From assembly GCA_028826165.1 (NCBI GenBank), contig JAPDFW010000025.1, forward strand, positions 1 through 64,000: DNA of 64,000 nucleotides, written 5' to 3'. The notes beneath the pieces were generated by a model, which ran no database searches, was not told the origin of the DNA, and saw nothing but the letters and a program-made list of their open reading frames with translations. The DNA is from Anaeramoeba ignava BMAN (Eukaryota; Protista; Anaeramoebae). A program made the position numbers and the translations under genes. Of the stretch, positions 25,978 to 37,859 are shown piece by piece (positions within the stretch are counted from its first letter, which is position 1; each line of letters begins with the position of its first letter).

Positions 25978-28900
25978 TTAAAAATCTTTCATTCTTCCAG
26001 TATTTAAATTTGCCAGTTCACTTAATAACATTGCTTCAAATGTTTCATAGTCATTGAATTCAGGACAATCTACATTATTGAAACAAGTATGCGCATTGAT
26101 TTGGTCTTGAGGAGAATAAAAAATGAAAATCCTCTTCTTAAAACCGCCAATAGGAATACTTGCTAATCCAGTGACATATCTTAAGAATCGCCTCAAGTTA
26201 TTTGGATTCTTGTCGTTTTCTTTCAGAAATCTGACAAAGAAATCCTTTGTTTTGTGTTGTGGTTTCCAATCCTTGAATTCAATCTCATTCAAAACGGAAG
26301 TTGAATCAATTTGGAAATTTCCGCAAATCAAAAGGTTTAATTCTGAAGGTGTAAATGAGTCCAAATTTTGTTGGATGCATTTCAAAGTTGAGTTATCATC
26401 CGATATTTCGTTTTTTCGGATATAATTTGAGATTTCGAATCCTTCGCGAATTTTTTCAAGTGCAGATCGACAGTTGTCAATCAGTATTTTTCGACACGAA
26501 GAAACAATGAATTCGCGTCGGTTATTGTTTGTCACAAGAATATCTTCACCGTTCTCGTTCTGGAATTCAAACCCAATAACAGAGGCGTCAGGCATCAAAA
26601 GAACTGTATGATATTGGTTTGCCAGTTCACCATCAACATGTCCAAGTTCGCTTAACCAATCTTCAAGTGATCTTTCTTCGTTCTCCTTTTTGAGAAGAAA
26701 AGCAAAAAAAATTGGGGGCATAGGTAAATTGATCGGTTTTTGTAGAATCATTGATTTCAAAATGGCTTTTCCAATCACAAAATATGTTTGAGCTTTGGTT
26801 CGATCAAGTGGATCTTCAACTGGCAAATAACAATCAGATTTTTCATCATTTTTGCGGAATAGTTTCTGGTCTGGATGGAAAGCAAAGTCGAAAAACATGC
26901 TGAATAAATCCTTAGTCAAACCGCCTGCATCAATTGCGGATTCCTGATCAAAAGTGGATCTAAATGGGGAGAACAAATTTTCTTGGTCTATCCATTGATT
27001 AAAGGCTTGCACGCTTTCATAGAACATGTTATTCCGATTCAGGTACAGCTTCTGTTCGTTGCGATTGCGTGTGCTTTGGGATAGAAGGGTTTTCATGGTT
27101 GAGATTCTTTTATCACTTTCCGAAATCATTTCTTGAAGACGATTCGGTGTGATTGTGAAAAAAGAGTGCAGAAGTGTTTCTTTTGCTGAGAGTCTCTTTT
27201 TCGGATCTGTATTTAGAAGTCGATTGAGAAGATTTTCGAGAGTTGGATTTGTGAATTTATCTGGGAATTCCAGTTTTTCTTTTGGAGAAACTTGTGGTTT
27301 TTTTTGAAACAAAATATTCTTTGTTTTTTCGGTTATGAAAATTGCATCATAAATAACAACCCCAAAGGAGTACATATCAGACTCTGTGTTTGATGGGTTT
27401 CCTTGGAGAACCTCAGGAGCAATATATCGCTCGTGGATTCTCTTCTGTTGTTCCGAGAAACCTGAATTGGTTGATTTGAAGCGAATATCCTCTGCAAATC
27501 CTATTAATTTTACAATTTGTTGATTTTCGAAGTTGATCAAAATATTGAATAGATTTAAGTTTCTGTGATAGATGCCTTCAGAGTGGAGATAATTCAATCC
27601 CATGAGTATTTGTGTAAATATTGCAATTAACTGGAAACATCTACTTATATAAGTGCTTGTGGTCGGGGATTTTTTTTCAGAAAGAAGAAATTGGTATAAA
27701 TTTCCTTTGTTGCAAAAAGGTAAAACTAAATGGATATATTGATTTTCCTGAAAAAACATTTTTGCATGAATAATATTTGGGTGATCATACACAACAAGAA
27801 TTGGCACCTCGCGATGAAGATGCTCAATTTCAATTAATGGGATTGCCTTCACTATCAACCATGATCCATCTCCTTTTTTCTTTTGAGCCTTAAACACTCG
27901 AATTTTTAAACTTGAATCCCCATCCTTTTCAATATTTTCATTTTCATTTTCATTTAAATAATTTTCGTTTCCAATTTCTTCAACGTTCTCAAAGTTTTTT
28001 TCCATACTTATTCCTTTTTCTAATAAATACGTCCATAAAAACGTCTTGTGATAACCCTTTTCTGAAAGCATTTCGGGATAAAATTGGTGCTTGATTTTGT
28101 TGATTGCTTTTTCTTTCTTTTGCATTTCAAGCTTGGTATTTTTATGTTGTTTTTTCAATATTGATAACCGATTTGAATCTGATTCTTCCAAATTCTCGAA
28201 ATGCTTTTCCTTTTTGATTTTCAGATTCAATTTTTCCACTTTAATTTTTTTCTTTTCCTTTTCAAGCTGAACAATTTCCGAGTTGATTCTCTCCATTTCT
28301 ATTTTTTTCTCGGTAAATAGCCTTGCCTTTTGGCTCAGCATTTTGATCCATTTGTTTGTGTTTTGAGATTTTTTGAGGGATTTGCGGAAATCAACGATAA
28401 AATATCTTAGCATCCACATCAAATTATAAACAACTTCAAAATATATCCCAATCTGTATTTTGTTCTTGAAATTGATCATTTTCAAATAGCTTTCCTTGAG
28501 TTGTTTGTTTGTTTCTTGCCAATCATTGATATTTCCTGTTGATATTTTTTTTGCAGATTCTTCCTGCAAAGTTGAATATCCTTCCACTATTTTTTTGCAT
28601 TCAGAACCATAAATGGTGCTGAAACAACTAAACACTTCAAATGCATTGCATATTTCTCTTGTGTTTATTGGCGTTTTCTTTGATATTTCCGCCAATTTTT
28701 TGTTGATTTCCTTTTGTTTATGATCAATAGCTATTTTTGTTCTTATTGAAATTAGTCTTGTTTTTTCAAACACAATTTTCATTTCTTCCAACAAAATTTT
28801 TTCTAGCTCTTTTAATTGAGTCTTCTTTTCCATTTGCTTTGATATTAAATTCGCATTTTCTGCGACTTCTTTTTGCAAATCTATTATTAATCCATTTCTT

Positions 28901-30864
28901 TTTTGGATCAAATCAGAAAAATTTTCCTTTTTCTCTTTGATTTGCTCCAAAATTTGTTTGTTAATTTCTTCAATTTGCTTGAGTTTGTTTTTTGCTGATT
29001 TTATTTCAATTTCTTTTTGTGGAATATTCTCGATAATCCCCATTACTTTTTTGATTTGAGTTGAAAATGCTGATTCTTCATTTTGAAATGTTGCCAAATA
29101 AAGAATGTATTTATTTTCATTTTGTTCCTTTTTGGTTTGATATTTCATCATTTCTTCTTTTTTGATTAGATAATTTTTGTATTTATTTTCAAGGAAATTT
29201 AAAGGATCTTTTTTCTACATAATTTTAAACACACACTTATTTTTTTTGTATTAAATAAATCTATAAGAAATATTTTTTTTACTTCCTAAATTAAATTTTA
29301 GATTTTTATATTTAAATTTTATATTTAAATTTTATTATTTACTGCATTTTTCTTGAAATTTGCTCCATTTGCAACTAATAATTTAGCAATTTCGAAATGA
29401 TTATATTTACATGCTAGAAAAAATGGAGTTTCTTTTTTCTAATTGAAGGAAAATGATAAAAAATAAAAGAAGAACAAAATTTTTATTTTTATTTTACTTT
29501 CTAAAAAAAAAAGGATAAATTATTTTAATTGGATTGAATTGTTTTTTTTTTTACATTTCGTAAATTCACAGAAGCTCCTCTATCGATTAAATATTGAATT
29601 TCTATGTATGATTGTCTTATAACAAAATCATGTAGAGGAGTATTTCCCTTTTAAATTTAAACAAAAAGATTTTTAGAAAAATTATTCATTTGATAAAGTT
29701 TTTTAAAACTCAATTTACTTCCTAAAAAAAAGTGTTAAAAAAAAATTGAAAAAAACAATTTGGATAATTTTTGATTTACATTCTAAATTCCACAAAGAAT
29801 AAAATGAATTCAAATTAAAATTTCTTTTCATTTTATTATTTACATCCATAATATTTGGATCAACTAAATTTGAATCAAGAATATTTTTGATTTGTAAACA
29901 AGTATTTGCATAATGAAGTGAGATTTTTCCCTAAATTGATTAAGAAAATTAGCAAAAGAGAAGTATTTCAAATTTAAAAATTACCCACTTTTATTTTGTT
30001 TATGAATTATTTAAAAAAAAAATGAATAAAATTGTTTTGAAAAAATCAATAATTTACAATCTAAAAAAAATTTGGTTAAAATGAATAAAAAAAATAAACA
30101 GAATTTTTAAAATGAATTAATTATGAACATCTTTAATAGATGTATCTGCACCATTTTTGAGCAATAAAATTACAACTTCATCTGTTGATTTTTCTTTTAA
30201 AGCCATATGAAGTGGAGTCATTAACTAAATTGAATTAAAAAAGGATATATTTTGTTTGATTTTCTGAATGAGAAGAATATAATTTTTACAAACTTTTTTG
30301 GGATAAGAATAAGTAATTAGAAACATTTTGAATTTTCTATGTATATTTTTTTTTGATTTACTTTCTAAAAAAAAGTCAAATAAATAAAAGGGTTTTTTTT
30401 TCATAGAAAATTTTAAATTAACATTTTGTATATTTAAATCAGGTTTTCTAGAAATGAGAGCTTGAATAAACTGTATAGGAGCTTTTAAACTTAAAGCTGC
30501 ATGTAAAGGTGTAATTTTCTTATTAAAAGAAAAGGAAGTTATTAAATTTTTCTAATCAAAAAAAAAATTATAAGAAATTACTTTCTAAAAATTACAATTA
30601 TAAGAAACTACACTTTTTTTTTTATTATATTTTTTTTTACTGACTAAATTTTAGTGATTAATTAAATGTAAAAAAAAAAAAAACTAAAATTATTTTACAT
30701 TTTGAATATTTATATTTTGGTTATTTATTATTTTGATTGCTTCTTCAAATTGTCTATTTTTAATAAATCTGAATAAATCTTTAATCTACAAACACAAAAT
30801 TAAATAAAACACAAAATAAATAAAACACAAAATAAAACAAATTTTTTACATTTTTGTTTGACAT
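25978..30864 (-). CDS. Ankyrin repeats + coiled coil + pseudokinase + HECT E3 ligase, 18 exons, ~1278 aa
   Basis: Exons 30850-30864, 30699-30785, 30423-30518, 30129-30224, 29844-29930, 29555-29647, 29343-29438 and 25978-29214, plus ten 3-nt exons. All introns are GT-AG and phase 0, and the model joins in frame to ORF 25978-29151. HECT motifs AIDAGGLTKDLF, FLRYVTG and AHTCFN (catalytic Cys). Confidence 0.88.
29283..30643 (-). other. Array of ten single-codon micro-exons
   Basis: AG|NNN|GTAA at 30641-43 (S), 30582-84 (K), 30362-64 (K), 30290-92 (F), 30058-60 (I), 29985-87 (W), 29780-82 (N), 29719-21 (E), 29498-500 (K) and 29283-85 (E). Confidence 0.8.
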
Positions 30865-30919
30865 TTTTTAAAAAAAGAAAAAAGAAAGAAAAAAAATGAA
30901 ATCGGAAAAAATTTTTTCA

Positions 30920-33075
30920 AATAATTTTTTAATTAAAATTAATAAAATGAATTTAATTAAAATTAATAAAATAAATTTAATTAAAATTAATAAAATGAAT
31001 TTAATTAAAATTAATAAAATGAATTTAATTAAAATTATTTAAATAAATTTAATTAAAATTAATTAAAAATATTTAAATAAAATTAATTAAAAATATCTAA
31101 ATAAAATCGGATAAAAATATTTAAATAAATTTAATTAAAAATATTTAAATAAATTTAATTAAAATTAATAAAATAAATTTAATTAAAAATAATTAAATAA
31201 AATTAATTAAAATTAATAAAATAAATTTAATTAAAAATATTTAAATAAAATTAATTAAAAATAATTAAATAAAATTAATTAAAAATATTTAAATAAAATC
31301 GGATAAAAATATTAAAATAAATTTAATTAAAAATATTTAAATAAAATTAATTAAAAGTATTTAAACAAAATTAATTAAAAATATTAAAATAAAATCGGAT
31401 AAAATTAATAAAAATAAATTTAATTAAAAATATTAAATAAATTTAATTAAAAATATTTAAATAAATCTAATTGAAAATATTAAAATAAAACTAATTAAAA
31501 ATATTAAAATAAAATTAATTAAAAATATTTAAATAAAATTAATTAAAAATATTAAAATAAAAATTAATTAAAATTAATAAAATAAATTTAATTAAAAATA
31601 TTTAAATAAAATTAATTAAAAATATTTAAATAAATTTAATTAAAATTATTTAAATAAAATTAATTAAAAATATTTAAATAAAATCGGATAAAAATATTTA
31701 AATAAATCTAATTAAAAATATTTAAAATAAATTAATTAAAAATATTAAAAATAAATTTAATTAAAAATATTTTAAATAAATTTAATTAAAATTAATAAAA
31801 TAAATTTAATTAAAAATATTTAAATAAATTTAATTAAAAATATTAAAATAAATTTAATTAAAAATATTTAAATAAAATCGGATAAAAATATTTAAATAAA
31901 ATTAATTAAAAATATTTAAATAAATTTAATTAAAAATAATTAAATAAAATTAATTAAATATATTAAAATAAAATTAATTAAAAATATTTAAATAAATTTA
32001 ATTAAAAATATTAAAATAAATTTAATTAAAAATATTTAAATAAAATTAATTAAAAATAATAAAATAAATTTAATTAAAAATATTTAAATAAAATTTAATT
32101 AAAAATATTTAAATAAAATTAATTAAAAATATATTAAAATAAAATTAATTAAAAATATTTAAATAAAATTAATTAAAAATAATAAAAATAAATTTAATAA
32201 AAATATTTAAATAAAATTAATTAAAAATATTTAAATAAATTTAATTAAAAATATTAAAATAAAATTAATTAAAAATATTTAAATAAAATTAATTAAATAT
32301 ATTAAAAATAAAATTAATTAAAAATATTTAAAATAAAAATTAATTAAAAATAATAAAATAAATTTAATTAAAAATAATTAAATAAAATTTAATTAAAAAT
32401 ATTTAAATAAATTTAATTAAAAATATTAAAATAAAATTAATTAAAAATATTTAAATAAATTTAATTAAAAATATTTAAATAAATCTAATTAAAAATATTT
32501 AAATAAAATTAATTAAAAATATTTAAATAAATTTAATTAAAATATTTAAATAAATTTAATTAAAAATATTTAAATAAATTTAATTAAAAATATTTAAATA
32601 AAATCGGATAAAAATATTTAAATAAATTTAATTAAAAATAATAAAATAAATTTAATTAAAAATATTTAAATAAATTTAATTAAAAATATTAAAATAAAAT
32701 CGGATAAAAATATTAAATAAAATTAAATAAAAATATTTAAATAAAATCGGAAAATATTAAAATAAATTAAATAAATTTAATTAAAAATATTTAAAATAAA
32801 TTTAATTAAAAATATTTAAATAAATTTAATTAAAAATATTTAAATAAATTTAATTAAAAATATTTAAATAAATTTAATTAAAAAATATTTAAATAAAAAT
32901 CGGATAAAAATATTAAAATAAATCTAATTAGAAATAATTAAATAAAATTAATTAAAAATATTAAAATAAAATCGGATAAAAATATTTAAATAAAATTAAT
33001 TAAATATATTTAAATAAATTTAATTAAATATATTTAAATAAAATCGGATAAAAGTATTTAAATAAATCTAATTAA
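30920..33075. repeat. AT-only minisatellite (~24-bp unit aaaaatatttaaataaatttaatt, variants with aaatcggataaaa)
   Basis: Lies between the divergently oriented HECT and kinesin genes. Confidence 0.9.
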
Positions 33076-33381
33076 AAAGTTTTTTTTTTCTGACTGTTAA
33101 ATTATTATTTTTTTAAATAAAAAAAATTAATTAAAAAATTCGTTAAAAAAAAAAATAAAAATAAATTTGAATAAAATTGTTTTTCTAACGAATATTAAAT
33201 TTTAATTTCTAAATTAAACAAAATAAATCTCATTTTTTCTTTTCTTTGTTCTTTTCTTTGTTCTTTTCTTTTTAATTTTATTATTTTTAAAAAAAAATTA
33301 AATTATTTTGAAAAAATTTTTTAATCCAAATTTTTTTTAATCAATCAAAAAAATAAATAATTTAAAATTTAATTATTTAAA

Positions 33382-36300
33382 ATGAGTTCAAAAAATGAAT
33401 CAAATTCACTTGGAGTTGCAATAAGGTTTGTAATTTTTAATTTTTAATTTTAATTTTTAATTTTTAAATTTTTATTTTTAATTTTAAAAAGACTTAGACC
33501 TTTAATGGGAAATGAAAAAAATAATCCCAAAATTGTTGAAATTCTTAATGATCAAATTGTTTTATTTGATCCTCCAACAGAAAAAGAGAATGAACTTAAT
33601 TCTCATTCAAATGGACATCGTGTAAGAATCAATTTCCAAATCAATTTTTAAATCTAAATCTAAATCTAAATCTAAATCTAAATCAATTTCTAAATCTAAA
33701 TCAATTTCTAAATCTAAATCAATTTCTAAATCTAAATCAATTTCTAAATCTAAATCAATTTCTAAATCTAAATCAATTTCCAAATCTAAATCAATTTTAA
33801 TTTCTAAATCTAAATCAATTTCCAAATCCAAATCAATTTCCAAATCTAAATCAATTTTAATTTCTAAATCAATTTCCAAATCTAAATCAATTTCCAAATC
33901 CAAATCAATTTTAATTTCTAAATCAATTTTAATTTCCAAATCTAAATCAATTTCTAAATCTAAATCCAAATCAATTTCAAAATCTAAATATAAATCAATT
34001 TCTAAATATAAATCAATTTCTAAATATAAATCAATTTCTAAATCTAAATCAATTTCCAAATCTAAATCTAAATCAATTTCCAAATCTAAATCAATTTCCA
34101 AATCTAAATCAATTTCAATTTCCAAATCTAAATCAATTTCCAAATCTAAATCAATTTCTAAATCTAAATTAATTTCCAAATCCAAATCAATTTCTAAATC
34201 TAAATCCAAATCAATTTCCAAATCAATTCCAAATCTAAATCTAAATCAATTTCTAAATCTAAATCAATTTCCAAATCTAAATCTAAATCAATTTTAATTT
34301 CCAAATCTAAATAAATTTCAAAATCTAAATCAATTTCCAAATCCAAATCAATTTCCAAATCTAAATCTAAATCAATTTCCAAATCTAAATCAATTTCCAA
34401 ATCCAAATCAATTTCTAAATAAATTTCAAAATCTAAATCTAAATCAATTTCCAAATCTAAATCTATTTCCAAATCTAAATCTAAATCAATTTCCAAATCC
34501 AAATCAATTTCTAAATAAATTTCAAAATCTAAATCTAAATCAATTTCCAAATCTAAATCAATTTCCAAATCTAAATCAATTTCCAAATCTAAATCTAAAT
34601 CTAAATCAATTTCTAAATCAATTTCCAAATCTAAATCAATTTCCAAATCTAAATCAATTTCCAAATCTAAATCAATTTCTAAATCTAAATCTAAATCAAT
34701 TTCCAAATCTAAATCTATTTCCAAATCTAAATCTAAATCAATTTTAAAAAAAAATAATAAAAAGAGAGGATGCAGAGACAAAAAATTCTACTTTGATTAC
34801 GCCGCTCATGAACACATCTCCCAAATGGAATTTTACGAAAAAACAGCGAAAAAAATGATTGAAGAAGATGGAGGACTTTTTGATGGATTTAACGTAACAA
34901 TATTTGCATATGGAGCAACAGGAGCGGGAAAAAGCTTACGAAACAACGCCACAGTATACACACCAAGCGGACCCAAAAAGAACGGGGAACTCAAAGCCGG
35001 AGAACTCATATGCACACCGTTTGGGAAAACAAGTCGGATTGTGGAAGTCTTCCCGCAAGGCAAACTTGATATATACCGAATCCACTTCCAAAATGGTGAT
35101 TTCGTGGATTGTAGTGAAGACCATTTGTGGAACATCAACGACCATAAGTTCTCCCATAAAGATGTTCTCGTTGATACACGTTACATCATCGATAATATAG
35201 AACCAAACCGCTTTTCTGTTTCTGTTCCTGATCCTGTCCAATTTTATCACTCAAATGTTTCAGTTGATCCTCTTTTATTGATTTTTTTCTTGCTTTTTGG
35301 ATCTTCTAATGATTCTAATATTTCCTTCAATTTTGATGGCAAATTCTTGTTTTTATTCGAGCAAATTTACCACAAAAATGTCAATCAAATCAAAAATGAT
35401 TTTCAAATTTCAAAATTGATTAATCAAGAAAATCAAGCATGCACTTTTTCTCTCAATCCACGAAAAATACATGGATTACAAAAAACAGCCTTTTTTCAAG
35501 CCCTATCTCAACTCTCATTGGCAGGAAAGAAGCGCCAAGAAATGTTTATTCCTTCTGATTATTTGTACAACTCCATCGATATCCGATTGTCTCTTTTAAA
35601 AAGTTTATTAGAAATTTTCAGAAAAAAAGAAAATCAAATTGAATCAGATTTTGAGCACAAAATCACTTTGAAATCTCATCAATTCGCAAATGATTTCAAG
35701 ACAATGATCCAATCATTGGGGGGTATTTGCAGGATACACAGAAAGGAAGAAGAAGAAAAATTTGAATGTGTTTTTTGGATTAGTAAGACATTGTGTGAAG
35801 AGAAGGAAGGAGATGGTGGGAGAGTAGTTGCAGAAGCGAATAAGAGGAAGAGAGAAGTTGTAAGAAGAATTGTGCGCGTGGAGCATGTTGGGAAGGATGA
35901 TTGTCAGTGTATTCTGATCGATGATCCAAAACATTTATATTTAACTGATAATTTCATAGCAACTCATAATACATACACGATGATGGGGTGCAGAGCGAAC
36001 GAGAAGCCTGGGATCATGTATCTTGCGATGAAAAGCCTGTATGAGAAAATCGCGATGAAGAAAGAAAACTGCAATTTCAAAGTGACTGTATCATATCTTG
36101 AGATTTACAAGGAGCGAATCCGAGATCTTCTGAATCCTGAAACGGAATCAAGTTTACTGGATATTCGGGAAGACAGTGTGAAGGGTGTAACGGTCGTGAA
36201 TCTGAAGGAAGAAAAACCTGAATCTGTTGATGAGGTGATGGAGATCTTGAACCGGGGTAACAAGAACCGGACACAATCACGCACTGAAGCAAACGAGGTT

Positions 36301-37791
36301 TCCTCACGTTCACACGCCGTTTTGCAAATAGTAGTGGAGATGGCTGCCCAGAAATCGGACGGGTTCACAACAAATGTAAAAACCGCCAAGTTGTGTTTGA
36401 TTGATTTGGCTGGATCTGAGCGCAGTTCCAAAAACAAAGGAGATCGTCTTATCGAAGGAGCAAAAATCAACAAGTCGCTTCTTTCTCTTGGAAATTGCAT
36501 CAACGCACTTGCTTCTTCCAAAGGGAACGGTTTTGTTCCTTATCGAGACTCCAAGTTGACGCGGCTGCTTAAGGACTCTCTTGGCGGAAATTGCAAGACG
36601 CTGATGATTGCTAATATAAGTGGATCTTTTTTGCATTATGATGACACTTTCAATACTCTTGTTTATGCTTCTCGAGCCTCGAAGATTAGAACTACTCCTA
36701 GCTGCAATACCTCGAGTGTTACTGCGCATATCTCTGAGTTTATGGGAATGATTAATTCCTTGAGACAGGAGAATACTGAACTGAAGGAGAAAATTCGCAA
36801 GATGGAAAGTGGTGGAGATTCTCTTCAAACTACTCAAACTAAGAATCCAGTTATTATTGAACGAGGTAATTTTTATATTAAAAAAAAAAAAAGACATCAA
36901 CATGACATGAAGTAAATTTATCTTTTTTTCTTTTATTTTTTGATCCAAAAAAAAAAAACAAAACAATTAGATTTGTCAAAATTCTCAAATTTATTCTCTC
37001 GAATACTCCAATTCAAAAAACAAAAAGAAAAAACCAAAATGGATATTCTCTCGCTTCAAATTGATTCTCTCAAAAATCATAATTTGCAATACAATCAAAT
37101 CAACCAACTCAAGCTCAAACAATCCCAAATAAAATCCCAAATAAAAAACACTTACGAACAAATAGAAGAAGAAAAATCAAAACAAGAAGAAGATTTGGAA
37201 TCAGATCCATTTTTTTCTCAAAAATTGGAGTTTTTGGAAACTAAGAATAAACTAGATATCAAAAACGAGGTACTTTTAACACACAAAAAGCAAATCCAAG
37301 AATGCGAAACATTCAGGAAGTTGTTTTTTGATCAACTTGATTCTTTGTGTTCTGATTCACAAGTTTCTAAATCTATTCAACATAAAATCAACAATATCAA
37401 ATCTGAATGGCCAAAAATTTCTTTCATTTCGAAATCACCCAAAAAAGAGAAAACAGAGCAATCGGAACAAACTCAATTCAAAAAAATTGAAGAGAATTTT
37501 CTTAATTCTCCTCAAGTTTTATTTGGATCTAACAAATCAAATCGAAAAAGATTAAATGAATATAATTCAAATGATAAAGAAAATCAAAATCCAAATTTGA
37601 TTTCCAAAAAAAATAATATTTCATCAAAAAAATTTGAAATGAAACGTCCCAAATTCCGTTTACCTAAAAAAGGGAAAAATAAAATACAAGCACCAATGGG
37701 GCAACTTAAGTCATATAATCTTAAAACAAAAGGGAATGCGATATCAAACAGAAATAGTCAACCAACTCAAAAAATAAGTACAAAGAATTAA
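33382..37791 (+). CDS. Kinesin-8 family (KIF18/KIF19/Kip3-like) motor containing an intein, 4 exons
   Basis: Exons 33382-33425, 33492-33621, 34765-36865 and 36971-37791. Motifs VAIRLRPL, FYFDY, YGATGAGK[intein]TYTM, SYLEIY, SSRSHAVLQI, IDLAGSER, EGAKINKSLLSLGNCINAL, PYRDSKLTRLLKDSLGGNCKT. Confidence 0.93.
33622..34764 (+). repeat. Kinesin intron 2 filled with an 18-bp-based repeat (aaatctaaatcaatttcc)
   Basis: GTAAG at 33622, AAAG at 34764, phase 0. Source of the spurious (LEIDLD)n ORFs. Confidence 0.9.
34933..35970 (+). mobile_element. Intein (346 aa) with degenerate LAGLIDADG homing endonuclease domain
   Basis: Starts Ser (SLRNNATVYTPSG, block A), block B DCSEDHLW, ends DCQCILIDDPKHLYLTDNFIATHN followed by Thr+1. 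Removal restores the P-loop GATGAGK/TYTM. Confidence 0.96.
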
Positions 37792-37859
37792 CTTAAAAAT
37801 TAAATTAAATTAAATTAAATCTTTTTCTTTCTTTCTGTTTTAAATAAATAAATAAAAAA

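Noticed and set aside
33607-34781. (LEIDLD)n ORFs on the minus strand
   Set aside because: Translations of the repeat filling kinesin intron 2.
34933-35970. Insertion as a spliceosomal or self-splicing intron
   Set aside because: No GT-AG ends. It is an open in-frame sequence with complete intein terminal residues.
34833-36966. Antisense and alternate-frame ORFs over the kinesin (likewise over the HECT, oxidoreductase and ankyrin genes)
   Set aside because: Shadow ORFs of real coding sequence with no motifs of their own.
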